39,555 nt of DNA from Octopus bimaculoides (Eukaryota): the NCBI RefSeq assembly GCF_001194135.2, contig NC_068986.1:1698601-1738155 (forward strand). Direction: 5' to 3'. Shown here in pieces: positions 11,498 to 23,235 of this stretch (the first letter of the stretch is position 1; each line of letters begins with the position of its first letter). The position numbers and the translations under genes are program-made. The notes under the pieces are model-generated. The model saw only the letters and a list, made by a program, of their open reading frames with translations, made no database searches and was not told the origin of the DNA.

Positions 11498-11586
11498 GGT
11501 TCGGTTGAACTCAGAATATAGTAGCAGACAAAATACTGCTAAGCATTTTGCCCCATGTGCTAATGATTCTGCCAGCTCACCACCTT
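11498..11586 (-). mobile_element. Head of Nin/Deu-like SINE
   Basis: Reverse complement GGTGAGCTGGCAGAATCATTAGCAC...TTCTGAGTTCAA matches 38450-38528. Confidence 0.75.
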
Positions 11587-11599
11587 AATAATAATAATA

Positions 11600-11737
11600 A
11601 TTGCACACATACTGCGTAAAGTACTGTCTGTCTGAGGTCCTTGTTGTGACTTGACAAACAATATGAACACCCGGTAGACACAATATCTTCAATCAACAAC
11701 CTCATGATATTGTATATTGTGCAATGTCTATAATAAC

Positions 11738-11784
<47 letters not shown>

Positions 11785-11790
11785 CATCAT
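11600..11790 (+). mobile_element. Extreme 3' end of an R4/Dong-type non-LTR retrotransposon in (TAA)n
   Basis: 11600-11635 encodes IAHILRKVLSV*, resembling the ...TAHILRKVL* ORF end of R4/Dong elements; short 3' UTR; (TAA)n on both sides. Confidence 0.6.
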
Positions 11791-11804
11791 CCCTAAACAA
11801 ACAT

Positions 11805-12066
11805 TATTCAAGGACCTTTTGAGTGGGATGGGCTACTCGACCTGAAGAAAATTCTAACTGGGCCCCAACTGCAAGGTCATGCATTGTTTATCTTGATATG
11901 GCATCACTATGTTGTGCACATGTGGTTGTGATGCATGTGCCTGGTGTACCTTTATCCGACAGGTAGCCATAATGGATATGTTGGGAAGTGTATATTTGTA
12001 CCCCAGTGTCACTTTGGTGGTATTTGCTGCTTTCTCACTCAATAATAATAATGATAATGATAATGA
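11805..12066 (+). mobile_element. Unclassified retroposon 3' segment ending in (AAT)n
   Basis: GC-richer segment between two (AAT/ATT)n tracts, ending CTTTCTCACTC(AAT)n; family from recall only. Confidence 0.45.
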
Positions 12067-12649
12067 TGAAATCTGCAATTAAATATTGAAGAGGAAAGAG
12101 AAGAAGAAGCTTAAAGATGAGAGCAGGTAGGAAATGAGAGAAAGGGAGAGAAAAAGACATAAACAGTCAGACGATAAAAAGGGCAACAGAGTTGAAGAAG
12201 AGAGGAAGAGGGTAACATGGAATTTTGGTAAGGTGAGTTGAGAGATGATTACGGTAATGATAAAAAAAAGAATGATGAAGATGCAGGTGATGAGTGGGGC
12301 AGAGAAGATGAGGTGGAAGAAAAAATAAAGAGAAAGTCAAGAAGAAATGTAGATAAGAGTGAAAATTGAAGATGAAAGGGAAAAAGAAACAAAATTAAAG
12401 GTGAAAAGAAAACATCAATAAAAACAGTATAAAAATCAAAAAAGAAACAATAAACTTTAAAAAAAAAAATTTTATTGAATAAAAATTTAAAAAAAGGAAA
12501 GATGTGAAAATGCCAAGAGAAACGATGACAAAGAAATTGAAAAAAGAAAAAAAAATTTGCAAAAGTTAATGAAATTGCCTAAGAGAAGAGTTGTTAAGAT
12601 GACAACCTTTTGTGGCAAATGTCATGTTTAAAATCAATTTTTTGTATTC

Positions 12650-12846
12650 AATATTCTTTTTCTTATTCTTTTATTTGTTTCAGTCATTTGACTGTGGCCT
12701 TGCTGGAGCACCGCCTTTAGTCAAGCAAATCGACCCCAGGACTTATTCTTTGTAANNNNNNNNNNNNNNNNNNNNNNNNNNNNNNNNNNNNNNNNNNNNN
12801 NNNNNNNNNNNNNNNNNNNNNNNNNNNNNNNNNNNNNNNNNNNNNN

Positions 12847-12882
<36 letters not shown>

Positions 12883-13033
12883 GCTTCTTTCAGTTTCCAT
12901 CTACCAAATCCACTCACAAGGCTTTGGTTGGCCCAAGGCTATAGTAGAAGACACTTGCCTAAGGTGTTACGCAGTGGGGCTGAACCCAGAACCATGTAGT
13001 TGGTAAGCAAGCTACTTACTGCACAGCCACTCC
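12650..13033 (-). mobile_element. CORE-like SINE, near full length, with internal gap
   Basis: TTGTTTCAGTCATTTGACTGTGGCC...CCCAGGACTTATTC tail and ...GCTACTTACTGCACAGCCACTCCT head; homologous to 28362-28762. Confidence 0.9.
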
Positions 13034-13309
13034 TATATACCTATAATATATTTTACAAATATTTTTTATATTTATTTTACTTGTTAATTATTTTTGTAGT
13101 TTTGTTAGGTTGGCTTGTGGAGGAATCAAGTCAGTAGCTTGTGGAATTGGTCAGGAATGCTTGCTGACAATATGCTGGAGACTAATAAGAAGAAATAAAT
13201 GAGACAAGGATAGAAGTGAAATAAAGGAAGGGAGGAAGAATAGTGAAATAGAATGATGGCGGGGGAGAAATTCAATGAATTATGTATATTCATTTTTGAT
13301 AATTGTTTT

Positions 13310-13450
13310 TAATTAAGGATCTGAGGCAAGAATTTTTTAGGGAAGCAGGTTAATCAATTATTACATCGACATCCAGTATTGAAGGGTTACCTTATTCTAT
13401 TGAACCAGAGACAAAAAATGGCAAATTTTTACCCTGGCAGGATTTGAAAT
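13310..13450 (-). mobile_element. Degenerate Nin/Deu-like SINE
   Basis: ATCGACATCCAGTATTGAAGGGTTACCTTATTCTATTGAACC...GGCAAATTTTACCCTGGCAGGATTTGAAAT parallels 38370-38460. Confidence 0.5.
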
Positions 13451-13857
13451 TAAACCATTAAAGAGCTGGAAGAAATAGCACAAGTTTCTTTGTCTTTTTT
13501 TTTTTCAATGCTGTAATGAATCTGCCAATCCCAGTAACAAGGAGATTGTGGAAGTGATGAATAGTAGGAGAAGGAGGCAAGAAAGATCCACAAGTATCTT
13601 GCAATATTTTAACTGTGACAAGATGTGTTTTTTTTCCCAAAAACAAATCCAAAGTTTTGTTTATCAAAATAAAAATAAAAAAATTCAAATCCAGACGCTT
13701 TCAACAAAGCAGCAAATTAACAGAATCATTAGAACATCAGACAAAATGCCTAGGAGTATTTATTCTGATTCTTTGCATTCAGAGCTCAAATACTACTGAA
13801 GTCAACTTTGCTTTCATCTTTCCAGGGTTAATAAAATAATACTGAAGTCTGGGGAAG

Positions 13858-13950
13858 TGAACTGGCAGGATTATTAGAGCATTGGACAGGATGCTTTGCA
13901 GTATTTGTTCCGACTTTAAGTGTTCTGTGTTCAAATCCTGCTGTGGCTTA
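13858..13950 (+). mobile_element. Nin/Deu-like SINE head
   Basis: GTGAACTGGCAGGATTATTAGAGCATTGGACAGGATGCTT...CTGTGTTCAAATCCTGCTGTGG. Confidence 0.6.
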
Positions 13951-14723
13951 CTTGGATGGTAGACCTAATCTGTCAACCAGTTTAACACTACCACCCACTA
14001 GCATACCTGGGGTGGGAGGGAGGCGGCACTTTTATGAGGGCAGTACCACTTTTGGGTCTGCTGTAGGCAATATGTATTTTTTGTGGGGGCCCAAGGCCAG
14101 TAAACTGAAAGGCAGCACACACTCTGGCTACATTAGAGCCACCAACTAGCCCTCGGATGCCTTTAGCTAAGGTGACCACTGAGCTGGACTCCAGTATTTG
14201 ATACCTACCTCACACCCTTTCACTAGTCTGGTAGTCCCTGCAAAAGGTCATGAACATTGCCTTTCCACTTGACCAATCAATTAAAGAAAAAAATAATATT
14301 ATTTATGACAAAATTAAAATTGTTTTAAAAGATTTTCTTTTTCTTTTTTTTCTTTTCATCCAAAAATAGCAATTCGTTACTCCCCCTCCCACCAACATAA
14401 AATACCTGGGTACATTCACATTATCCTGTTGAAGAGAATATAACTAGTCCTTTGTTCTTTAAGAGCATGACCAAGAATAAATACTATGACACACATCTGA
14501 ACATATGCGGGATGTAGGTCAGTTGACTAGAGATTAGTGTACAGCTGATCATTTCATTGAACCAGGAAGGGTTAGTAAGCTGAAGGTAATAAAATATGGA
14601 TAGAGAGAGAGAGAGGAAATACTTTGCAGTAGTCTTGTGTATCACTTATCCCTCAGCTATAAAACTGCAGCAAGGCACTTAGGTCAACTCTATACTACTC
14701 ATTCGTCCTCTTCCCTGCTGCCC

Positions 14724-14937
14724 TTAACCTTTAACATTCAGATTACTCTGTCAGATGGAAAGCTTCTTTATTCGCATCGTCTTCAAGTAACCATGCAGTA
14801 TCACACAACTTCAAAATTTCAATGATATGATTGTTTATTTTTAGAATGAGATTGTAGGGTATGTGTGACAAGCTGGATCTGGCCAGTTTGAACATAAAAC
14901 AGTTAAAATATTTGGGCTAGATATGCTAAAGGTTTAA
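14724..14937. mobile_element. piggyBac-type MITE
   Basis: TTAA-CCTTTAACAT ... ATGCTAAAGG(T)-TTAA: short TIRs bounded by TTAA, the piggyBac target duplication. Confidence 0.7.
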
Positions 14938-15034
14938 AGCATTTTTCACTTCAAAGATAAGATCTTGGACCTCTACAACCAATTCTTCCAGCTTAATACT
15001 GCCCTTAGAAAGTATTGAAATTAAATGTAATCAA

Positions 15035-15250
15035 GGCAGTGAGCTGGTAGAATCGTTAGCATGCCAAGCAAATTGTTTAATGACATTTCATCCATTTTTA
15101 CCTTGTGAGTTCAGATTCTGCTGAGGTCGTCTTTACCTTTCATTCTTTTGGGGTTGATAAAATAAGTACCAGTTGAACACTGGATTGATGTAACTGACTT
15201 ACCCACTCCTCTGAAATTGCTGGCCTTGAGCCAAAATTTGAAACGGATAT
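15035..15250 (+). mobile_element. Nin/Deu-like tRNA-derived SINE
   Basis: GGCAGTGAGCTGGTAGAATCGTTAGC head; GAGGTCGTCTTTACCTTTCATTCTTTTGGGGTTGATAAAATAAGTACCAG Nin-like domain. Confidence 0.8.
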
Positions 15251-16591
15251 TAATCATAAATATTAATCATTTTTAATTAAATTTCAGGTAATTGTCACCT
15301 GTTTTTCTCTAAACAATCTAGCTGCTTACTCCCTTCCACCTATGTCAAAGTCCATCTAACATAACCACCTAACTAAATACTTTCTCAGTCTTTCCTCCCA
15401 TGCCCTCCCTGTCTGTAGGAAAACATTGTTAGAAACAGAATTAGGTTGACCGACAGATCTTGAGACGAAGCACCAATTGCATGAATTTCATTAACCTGGG
15501 ATAACCTACAGATCTCAAGGACATTGTTCCACCTTAGTCTGGTTATTTACTGATAAAAAAAAAAAAACCCTGAAGTGCTCTCACTGTACATTATGTACTG
15601 GGTCTGCATAGTTATAAATTAGACAGACACAAAAATTATTTCAAACAGCAATGACCATAAAGATAAGAGATTGACCATATTATCATGAATTTAAATATTG
15701 TGCCTCTAGGCAATACAAGAACACCTCAACTTAATGATTCAATTGGTTTCAAATACCCAGTTATTAGGTGAGAGGTGAATTCATATTGATATAAGGTTAT
15801 AAAAAGCATTTATATTCTCAGTTGTAATTACTCACATGGTTATTTTGAAATTACCAAATACGGTTAATTTTTAAATTTTTCAGATATTTTACCATGAAGT
15901 GTGATTAGGTCATTTAATTAAAATTTAAAAAAGAAATACTAACTATAAAAAAAGTTGCTAGAATATGCTACATTATTTTTAAAATTAACAAGATTTATAG
16001 CTATTTATATACCATTATTTTTGTTAACTATGTTGTGTTAAAATACTGTAGGTCTAGATAGAAATTAGCTAAATTAGTAACTCTGATTATAAGAGTGAAT
16101 TAATTCAGAATTAATTCAAAAGTTTTAAGATGAAAGAGTAGCAAAGAGAATGTAAGTACAGTATGCGTGCACAATGTGAACATGAAAACTAACAGCATGA
16201 CTAAATGAATGAACAAACATACATGTGCACATTATCAAAGTGCATTATGGAAACTAAACTTTTAAAGTAACCATTATAGATGTTAGCATTTCTTTGTACA
16301 ATTAACTACCATGTTTCTCTTTTTATCAGTTTTTTAAAAAATATTATTAAAGTAGTGATTGTGTGATCATTAAGTGGGAGATCACAAGGTGATATACAGT
16401 TATATATATATATATATATATATAAATTTAATTAGAGGGTATGTTAACCTCGTGAAGGGATGGTTGCATTCAATTTATTAATAATTTGTGGCATCCATTT
16501 TGTTGTTAATAATAAACAATTATTAACTTTCTAATCTCCATTTTCTTTTCTTCTTTTAAATGTCATCATCATCATATATATATTTTTTTTT

Positions 16592-16945
16592 TTTCAAATT
16601 AAAGATGAGAAATCAGATAAGTCCAGCAATTTAAAAGCATTTCAATATAAACCGAGCCCAAAAAAAGTATTATAATATATTTAATGCATCTCTCATTAAA
16701 AAGTGCAATATCGAAACAATACTAAAAATTTCATAATTACAGATACACCAAAAATATTAAAAATATAATAGACATATATGTCTATATGTTTGGTGAGTCT
16801 GTAATTTTGAAATTTTTAGTATTGTTTCGATATTGGACTTTTTAATGAGAGATGCATTAAATATATTATAATACTCCCTTTTGCTTGGTTTATATTGAAA
16901 TGCTTTTGAATTGTTGAACCTATCTGATTTCTCATCTTTAATTTG

Positions 16946-16948
<3 letters not shown>
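16592..16948. mobile_element. Foldback MITE with ~165-bp inverted arms
   Basis: TTTCAAATTAAAGATGAGAAATCAGATA ... TATCTGATTTCTCATCTTTAATTTGAAA; inner ATGCATCTCTCATTAAAAAGT / ACTTTTTAATGAGAGATGCAT; flanked by TA-rich tracts. Confidence 0.92.
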
Positions 16949-17013
<65 letters not shown>

Positions 17014-17574
17014 TTATTCTGTTTTCCCCAGTTAGTCTACTTCATAGTTGGAGTTATTAATTAGCAGAATAGTGTGAAACTACCAGCTTAAGTAACATGC
17101 AATTATCCATATTTGAAAAACTCATCCTATTCCCGTATCCATGGAAATAAGAGATGTTTTAGCATTCACCTGTAAAGAATGCACCATATATACATAGTTA
17201 GAGAGTCAGGTACCAAGGTTGAAAATGGTAACTGTTCCCACATCTGCAGATATTTACTAGAATCAATACATATTCCAGACAGGTGCACAAGAAAAACAAC
17301 TGATTGGATCAGTTGATTGCTTATCGATCTGCATTACTAGTCTGATGACATCACAAAATATGATGCATATCATTAATTATTTCAATAATGTGACACTCAC
17401 AAATGAAATTTTGAATTATTTAAAATAAACTCCTGTTAGTATTCCATTCAATGGAAATTACCAACAAAAAAAAAAATGGTCAAAATGAAGGTATGGCTAT
17501 TTATTTTTAAAATGTGAGAGAGGAGAGTTTTGCAAGAAGGGGGAAATTGTGAAGTGAGAAAGAAAGTAATGAAT

Positions 17575-17745
17575 CAGGTATGGCTGCTGAGTGGCTAATA
17601 AATCTACTTTGCAATCATGTGGTTCCAGGTTGAATAACACTGCATGTCACCTGAGGCAAATGTTTTTCACCATTGTCTTGAATTAAACCAAAGATTGTGA
17701 ATGAGATTGGGTAGATGGAAACTGTGTGAATGTCCTTATCTATTA
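17575..17745 (+). mobile_element. Degenerate CORE-like SINE 5' part
   Basis: GGTATGGCTGCTGAGTGG...CATGTGGTTCCAGGTTGAA...GGCAAATGTTTTCAC...GATGGAAACTG. Confidence 0.55.
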
Positions 17746-17894
17746 GTAAGAGACAGGCTCAATTTTCTTCCTTTGTTTAACATCACTATGCTCCTTGGTA
17801 CCTAAGCAGAAACCACTTTGCTGCAAGATCTTTGGTCCAAGCATAATTCATGGGTTATAGTTTCTTCCTCCCTTTCATCCACCCATCTGAGACG

Positions 17895-18150
17895 TGGAGG
17901 CATGTGGCTTAGAGGTTAGGGTGTTGGATTCATGACCATAAGGTTATGTTTTCGATTCCATAATGGGTGAGGCGTTGTGTTCTTGAGCAAAACACTTCAT
18001 TTCATGAAACTCCAGTCCACTCAGCTGGAAAAAATGAGCGATTCTGCAGTGGACTGGCAGACTGTCCAGGTGGGGAATAAATATGCCATGAAACTGGGAA
18101 ATCAGCCCTTATGAGTCAGTATGACTTGAGAAGGTAACTTCTTACCTATC
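17895..18150 (+). mobile_element. tRNA-derived Meta-like SINE
   Basis: TGGCTTAGAGG A box, TTTCGATTCC B box, TTGTGTTCTTGAGCAAAACAC...CTCCAGTCCACTCAGCTG...GTGGACTGGCAGACTGTCCAGG. Confidence 0.75.
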
Positions 18151-18779
18151 TGTCATGGAGGCCTTGCAAAATAGCAATGCCTTCTTGCTCTGTTAGGGTC
18201 TCCATTGGTCAATGTTGATCAAGGGTCTGCACATGTATGGACAGGACAAAGGGCAAGAATATTTTTTACCTTTTGAGGAAAACTGGCAGTTGCTCATATA
18301 TGCAAGTCTCCTCAGTTTTTGATTGGTACTTGGCTGATTACCTAATGCCATATCATTAACAGTGACTGCAAAGTTCTTGTGCAAATTCTTTGGTAATTAA
18401 GCAATGAAATATAAACATCAAATTTAAGGGAAACCAGAGATTATCATAAAAAAGGGGCAGTTTAGTAAGTAGCAAAAAAAGTGAGGCTGTAGATGTTATT
18501 TTTAACTCCAGGTCAGCCTACATCGAGTAAACATACAATTGCAGCCATTTTGGCTATGATCATCCTGTCATTTCAGACGTAGCTTATCTGAGAGACTATA
18601 TTATCAAAGACATCATTCTTTATTTTCAAACATGGTAGATGTAATTTTAGACAGATTTTATTGCTATTTCTTGCAAGTTGTTCTTATGTGCTCTGAGATG
18701 AAAGGGTTTGTAAGACTTCAGACAAATATACTTCATCTTTCTCTAATGAAGATCTCTGTCTGAAATATCAAACATTAAG

Positions 18780-19205
18780 TGCAGGTGTCCTTGTGCGATT
18801 CAAAAGCTTGCTTCCTAACTATGTGGTCTCGGATTCAGTCCCACAGCACAACATCTGAGACAAGTGTCTTTTACTATAGCTCCAAGCTGACCAAAGCCTT
18901 GTGAGTGGATTTAATGGATGGAAACTGAAAGAAACTGATTGTGTGTGAGTGTATGTGTGTGTGTGTGTGTGTGTATCAATGTGGGGGATGTCTGCGTTTG
19001 TGTTTGTACCCTACCACTGCTTGACAACTGGTGTTTGTTTTGTTTACATCATTGTAACTCAGCAGTTCAGCAACAGATGTTCTAGAATAAGAACCAGACT
19101 TTAAAATAAGTCCTGGAGTTGCTTTGTTTAACCGAACCCTTTAAAGTAGTGCTCCAGTATGGCTGCAATTNNNNNNNNNNAAAAAAATATACTGAAACAA
19201 GTAAA
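18780..19205 (+). mobile_element. Full-length CORE-like SINE with internal (GT)n
   Basis: Head, CORE-like GACAAGTGTCTTTTACTATAGC, and tail GTGCTCCAGTATGGCTGC...ACTGAAACAAGTAAAAG. Confidence 0.8.
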
Positions 19206-19547
19206 AGATAAATGAAGAAAGATTTCTCTAATAAAGATCTCTGTTAGAAATAAAAAATATTTCTCTAATAAAGGGCTTTATCAGATATTCCTTATCTTCA
19301 TTGCACATCAACTAACATAAGTCACACGTTACCGTTTTAGGAAAAAACAAAAAGAAAATTTTAAATATGTGTTATGAATAAAATGAGAGTAGAGATATTT
19401 AATAATGTCATAACAACAGAATATATATACATCAAAAGTCTGTAGAGATTCATCAATGATTTCCTAATGGAAAAAAAGCAAAAATATAAAAGATGTAAGC
19501 AAGTGCCTTTACTGATGTCGTAATAATAGAACACAGACAAATAAGAA

Positions 19548-19850
19548 GGGAGTTCGGGTCTTGAATGATGACATAACAAGAGTTACCCTCCGATGCACAA
19601 GTCTGGGCAAGGTTGTTTATGGAAAATAAACATACCAGCCTCACCTCTCTACACCACCAATGTTATCCAAGGGAAAGGCAAAGGTTGATACAGCTTGGCA
19701 CCAGTGATGTCACAACTCATTTCTACAGCTGAGTGAACTGGAGCAACATAAAATAAAGTGTCTTGTTCAAGAACACAACACACAGCCTGGTCTGAGAATC
19801 AAACTCACTATCTCATGATTGTGAGCCCAATGTCCTAACCACTGAGCCAT
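19548..19850 (-). mobile_element. tRNA-derived Meta-like SINE
   Basis: Co-linear with 5595-5932. Confidence 0.85.
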
Positions 19851-19857
19851 ATATATG

Positions 19858-19960
19858 GCCCTGGGTTTAGTCCCAATGTGCAGCAACTTCGGCATGTGTC
19901 TTCTACTACAGCCTCAGGTCAAACAAACCCTTGTAAGTGGGCTTGGTAGACAGAAACTGT
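19858..19960 (+). mobile_element. CORE-like SINE fragment
   Basis: CTGGGTTTAGTCCCAATGTG...GTGTCTTCTACTACAGCCTC...GGTAGACAGAAACTG. Confidence 0.65.
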
Positions 19961-20469
19961 CTATATATGTACATACATATATGTGGATATGCATATATAT
20001 ATGTGTATATATAAATATATAAATGCAGATATATATACATATATAAATATGTACATAAATATATACACATGCAATACATATATACTAGAAGGAAATTACA
20101 TATCAGAAGGGAATAGAGGTCTTCAAATGGATTCTTGGTGATGAGATAAAAGTCAATTGCAGCCAAAGCTTACCTAATTATCAGTTAATGACCAATTTCG
20201 AATGTAGTAAGGACGGCAGTTAAGTAGCCAGTCTTCAATTAATATTTCTTGTTGTTGAAGTTCAAGAGACATTGCTTTAATATGTCGTATCTGATGAAAT
20301 AACAACCTACCAAATAAACTTAATATTTCTATTACAGCCAGTTTTATTACAGAGTAATCACTTCAATAAAGATGTTAGGGCAAGAGTCACATATATAAAG
20401 TTTTATATAGTGCTGTAGCTAGGACTGTTTAATGTCATTAACAATTAACTAGCTATTGAAAATATATAT

Positions 20470-21560
20470 TGTCACTATAAGGTTCTTGTACCACTTTAAA
20501 ATTTTATAACTTCCGTCCTGTGTGTGGCAGAACTGAACTTTAAAGAATGCTTAGAAGCCTGTTGGTTCTGTTTTATCACTGTCAACAAAAACGCTTATTT
20601 TAATTGGATTTTAATTTTTAAAACAATTAAAAATTATGTTAACTTTTTTTTATGGGAAACACTTAACTGTAGAAAATGTATGCATGGGTACAGGTGTGGC
20701 TGTGTGGTTAGGAAACTTGCAACTCAGTTGCATGGTTTTGGGTTCAGTCCCACTGCACGGCATCTTGGGTAGGTGTTTTTTACTATAGCCCTGGGCTGAC
20801 CAAAGCCTTATGAATGGATTTGGTAGATGGAAACTGAAAGAAACCTGTTGTGTATATGTGTGTGTATATACATATGTATATATATCTCTGCATGTGTGTG
20901 AGTGCGTGTGTTCTTTGAGTTTGTGTTTATCCTAAACCACCACTTGACAACCAGTGTTGGTTTGTTTACATCACCATAATTTAGTGGTTTGCAAAAGAAA
21001 CTGATAGGATAGGTTACTAAACTTTAAAAAATAAGCACTAGGGTTGATTTGTTCAATAAAACGCTTTGAGGCAGTGCCCCATCATGGCCACAGCCCAATG
21101 ACTGAAAAAAACAAATAAAAAAAATAAAGAAATAAAAGAAAATAAATGAAAGTAAAAAAAACAGAAAAAAAAGGTCATTATAAAATTCTGGTGCAATTTC
21201 AAAAGTTCATTGAATTCAGTTCCGAGTATAACAGAATGAATTTGTAAAGAACATTTAGAAACCTGCTTGATTCTATTTTATATTAGTTATGTTTAGATTA
21301 AAAAAAAGATTTAAACATTATATCAACTTTATTTTATGGGGAACACCTAACTAGCCAAACACATTCATAAAGTCCATGTGCAATTCAAAACTTATATAAT
21401 TTCAGATTCATAAATGATTGAATTACATAGTAAAGAACATTTAGAAGCTTGATGTTTCTGTTTTATTGTTCGCAACAAAAAGGTTTATCATAATTTATTT
21501 AATAACTTTTAAAAAATTTATGATTTGCTTCAACTTTATGGCAAAAATGTACAGACTGTT
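20470..21560. repeat. Three diverged ~186-bp tandem units interrupted by a SINE
   Basis: TAAAGAAYRYTTAGAA at 20541, 21245, 21431; TTTTATGGGRAACACYTAACT near 20647 and 21333. Confidence 0.7.
20686..21115 (+). mobile_element. Full-length CORE-like SINE
   Basis: GGTGTGGCTGTGTGGTTAGG, GGGTTCAGTCCCACTGC, tail CATGGCCACAGCCCAATGACTGAAA. Confidence 0.85.
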
Positions 21561-21964
21561 GTTTATTCAACTAGACTTTCTTTTATTGAAGACTTGTGAG
21601 TTAGAATAATTAATGTGCTTCAAGGTTTAATTGAAGCTCAGCAGTAAAATGCATTTCTAGGATTTCAGAATCACACCACAGTTTGTGTATATATGTAACA
21701 ACAGAGGACAAATTGGAAATTAACAATCCCGAAAATAAATCTATTTATAAAATAAATAAATGCTTTCATTTAATCCTTTTTTCAGAAATTGCTTTCTACC
21801 ATATGTAGTTAAAATCCTGTAAATTTAGAACTGCATATCAACATTTATAATGCTTACACACATCAAAATATATATGTCTCTATAACACTGTGTGTGTGTG
21901 TGTATACATATATACATATATATGAATGTATATATGTACGTATGTGTGTGTGTGGGGGGGGGGT

Positions 21965-22110
21965 AATAAGTTTGCTTCTCAACCACTTGGTTCCGGTTCC
22001 AATCCCACTGTGTGGTATCTAGGGCAAGTGTTTTCTTCTATAGCATTGGGCCAACCAAAGACTTGTGAGTAAATTTGGTAGACAGAAATTGAAAGAAGCC
22101 CATCGAATAT
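21965..22110 (+). mobile_element. CORE-like SINE 5' part
   Basis: TAAGTTTGCTTCTCAACCACTTGGTTCCGGTTCCAATCCCACTG...GAAAGAAGCCCATCG. Confidence 0.75.
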
Positions 22111-22381
22111 ATGTGTGTGTGTGTGCTTTATTTTATTTATCTATTCTTTATTCTAGCATTGATTGGATTTAATTCCCCTCATATTTAAAAATTGCATAAA
22201 AGTGATGTTTTATCTTGGCTATCAACTGCTTAAAACCTCCAGAGCTGGAATAACTTCCAACAGATTTATGCAAGGTGTATATTTAGTTTTCAAGTATACT
22301 TTCTGACAACTGTTGTAAATGAGATGAAAAACAAATACTGTTTAATCTCATGCGTGTATAATTTGCTTAAATCCACACACA

Positions 22382-22418
<37 letters not shown>

Positions 22419-22891
22419 ACACAGACACTCACACACACACACATACCTTCATAGACACACAAACAAGTAATTGCATACACACACACAAATAAGGCACACA
22501 TACAAATGCACCTGCAAAAACATTCCTGTAGATACACTTAGACACACAAACACCCGCACACACACACATACACACACAAACACACACACACATACACACA
22601 GATAGTGCAGCTAGTATTAGAGAAATACATCTTGTCTTAAAGAATTACTGACAATACAAAGATTTCAACTACAGAGATTAAAACATACTCAGTGAAATGC
22701 ATGAGCGGACATACATACATACATACGTACATACATACATACATAAGTATATAAATCCGAATATGCAGAACATACATACATACACACAAACATACAAGAA
22801 TGCATGCACACACACACACATACACACATACATACACACATATAGATACTTACTTGCATGCTTACGGACACAAACAGATACATACATACAT

Positions 22892-23051
22892 CATCATCAT
22901 CATCGTTTAACGTCCGCTTTCCATGCTAGCATGGGTTGGACGACTTGACTGAGGACTGGTGAAGCCGGATGGCAACACCAGGCTCCAATCTAAATTTGGC
23001 AGAGTTTCTACAGCTGGATGCCCTTCCTAACGCCAACCACTCAGAGAGTGT
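22892..23051 (-). mobile_element. 5'-truncated RTE LINE 3' end with 16-bp target-site duplication
   Basis: Near-identical to 32532-32700; AGATACATACATACAT at 22876-22891 and 23052-23067. Confidence 0.88.
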
Positions 23052-23235
23052 AGATACATACATACATATATACATATACATTCATCCATACACACATGCA
23101 TGCTTACATGCACACACACACACACACACACACACATACATGCATCCATGCACACACATACATACAAATATATATATATAGATACTTCATGCATACTTAT
23201 ATAATCCATGCATAGATATATATATATATATATAT

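Noticed and set aside
13943-14270. GC-richer segment with 63-68-aa ORFs
   Set aside because: No motif recognised; probably an unclassified repeat fragment.
17039-17170. Good-looking splice acceptors on both strands
   Set aside because: All frames stop within ~16 codons; no corroboration.
17203-17316. NGNCSHIC resembling an LDLR-type EGF motif
   Set aside because: No acceptor, remaining cysteines absent, early stop.
17342-17370. CTGATGA followed by a CATCA/TGATG stem
   Set aside because: No GAAA box after the stem; not a hammerhead.
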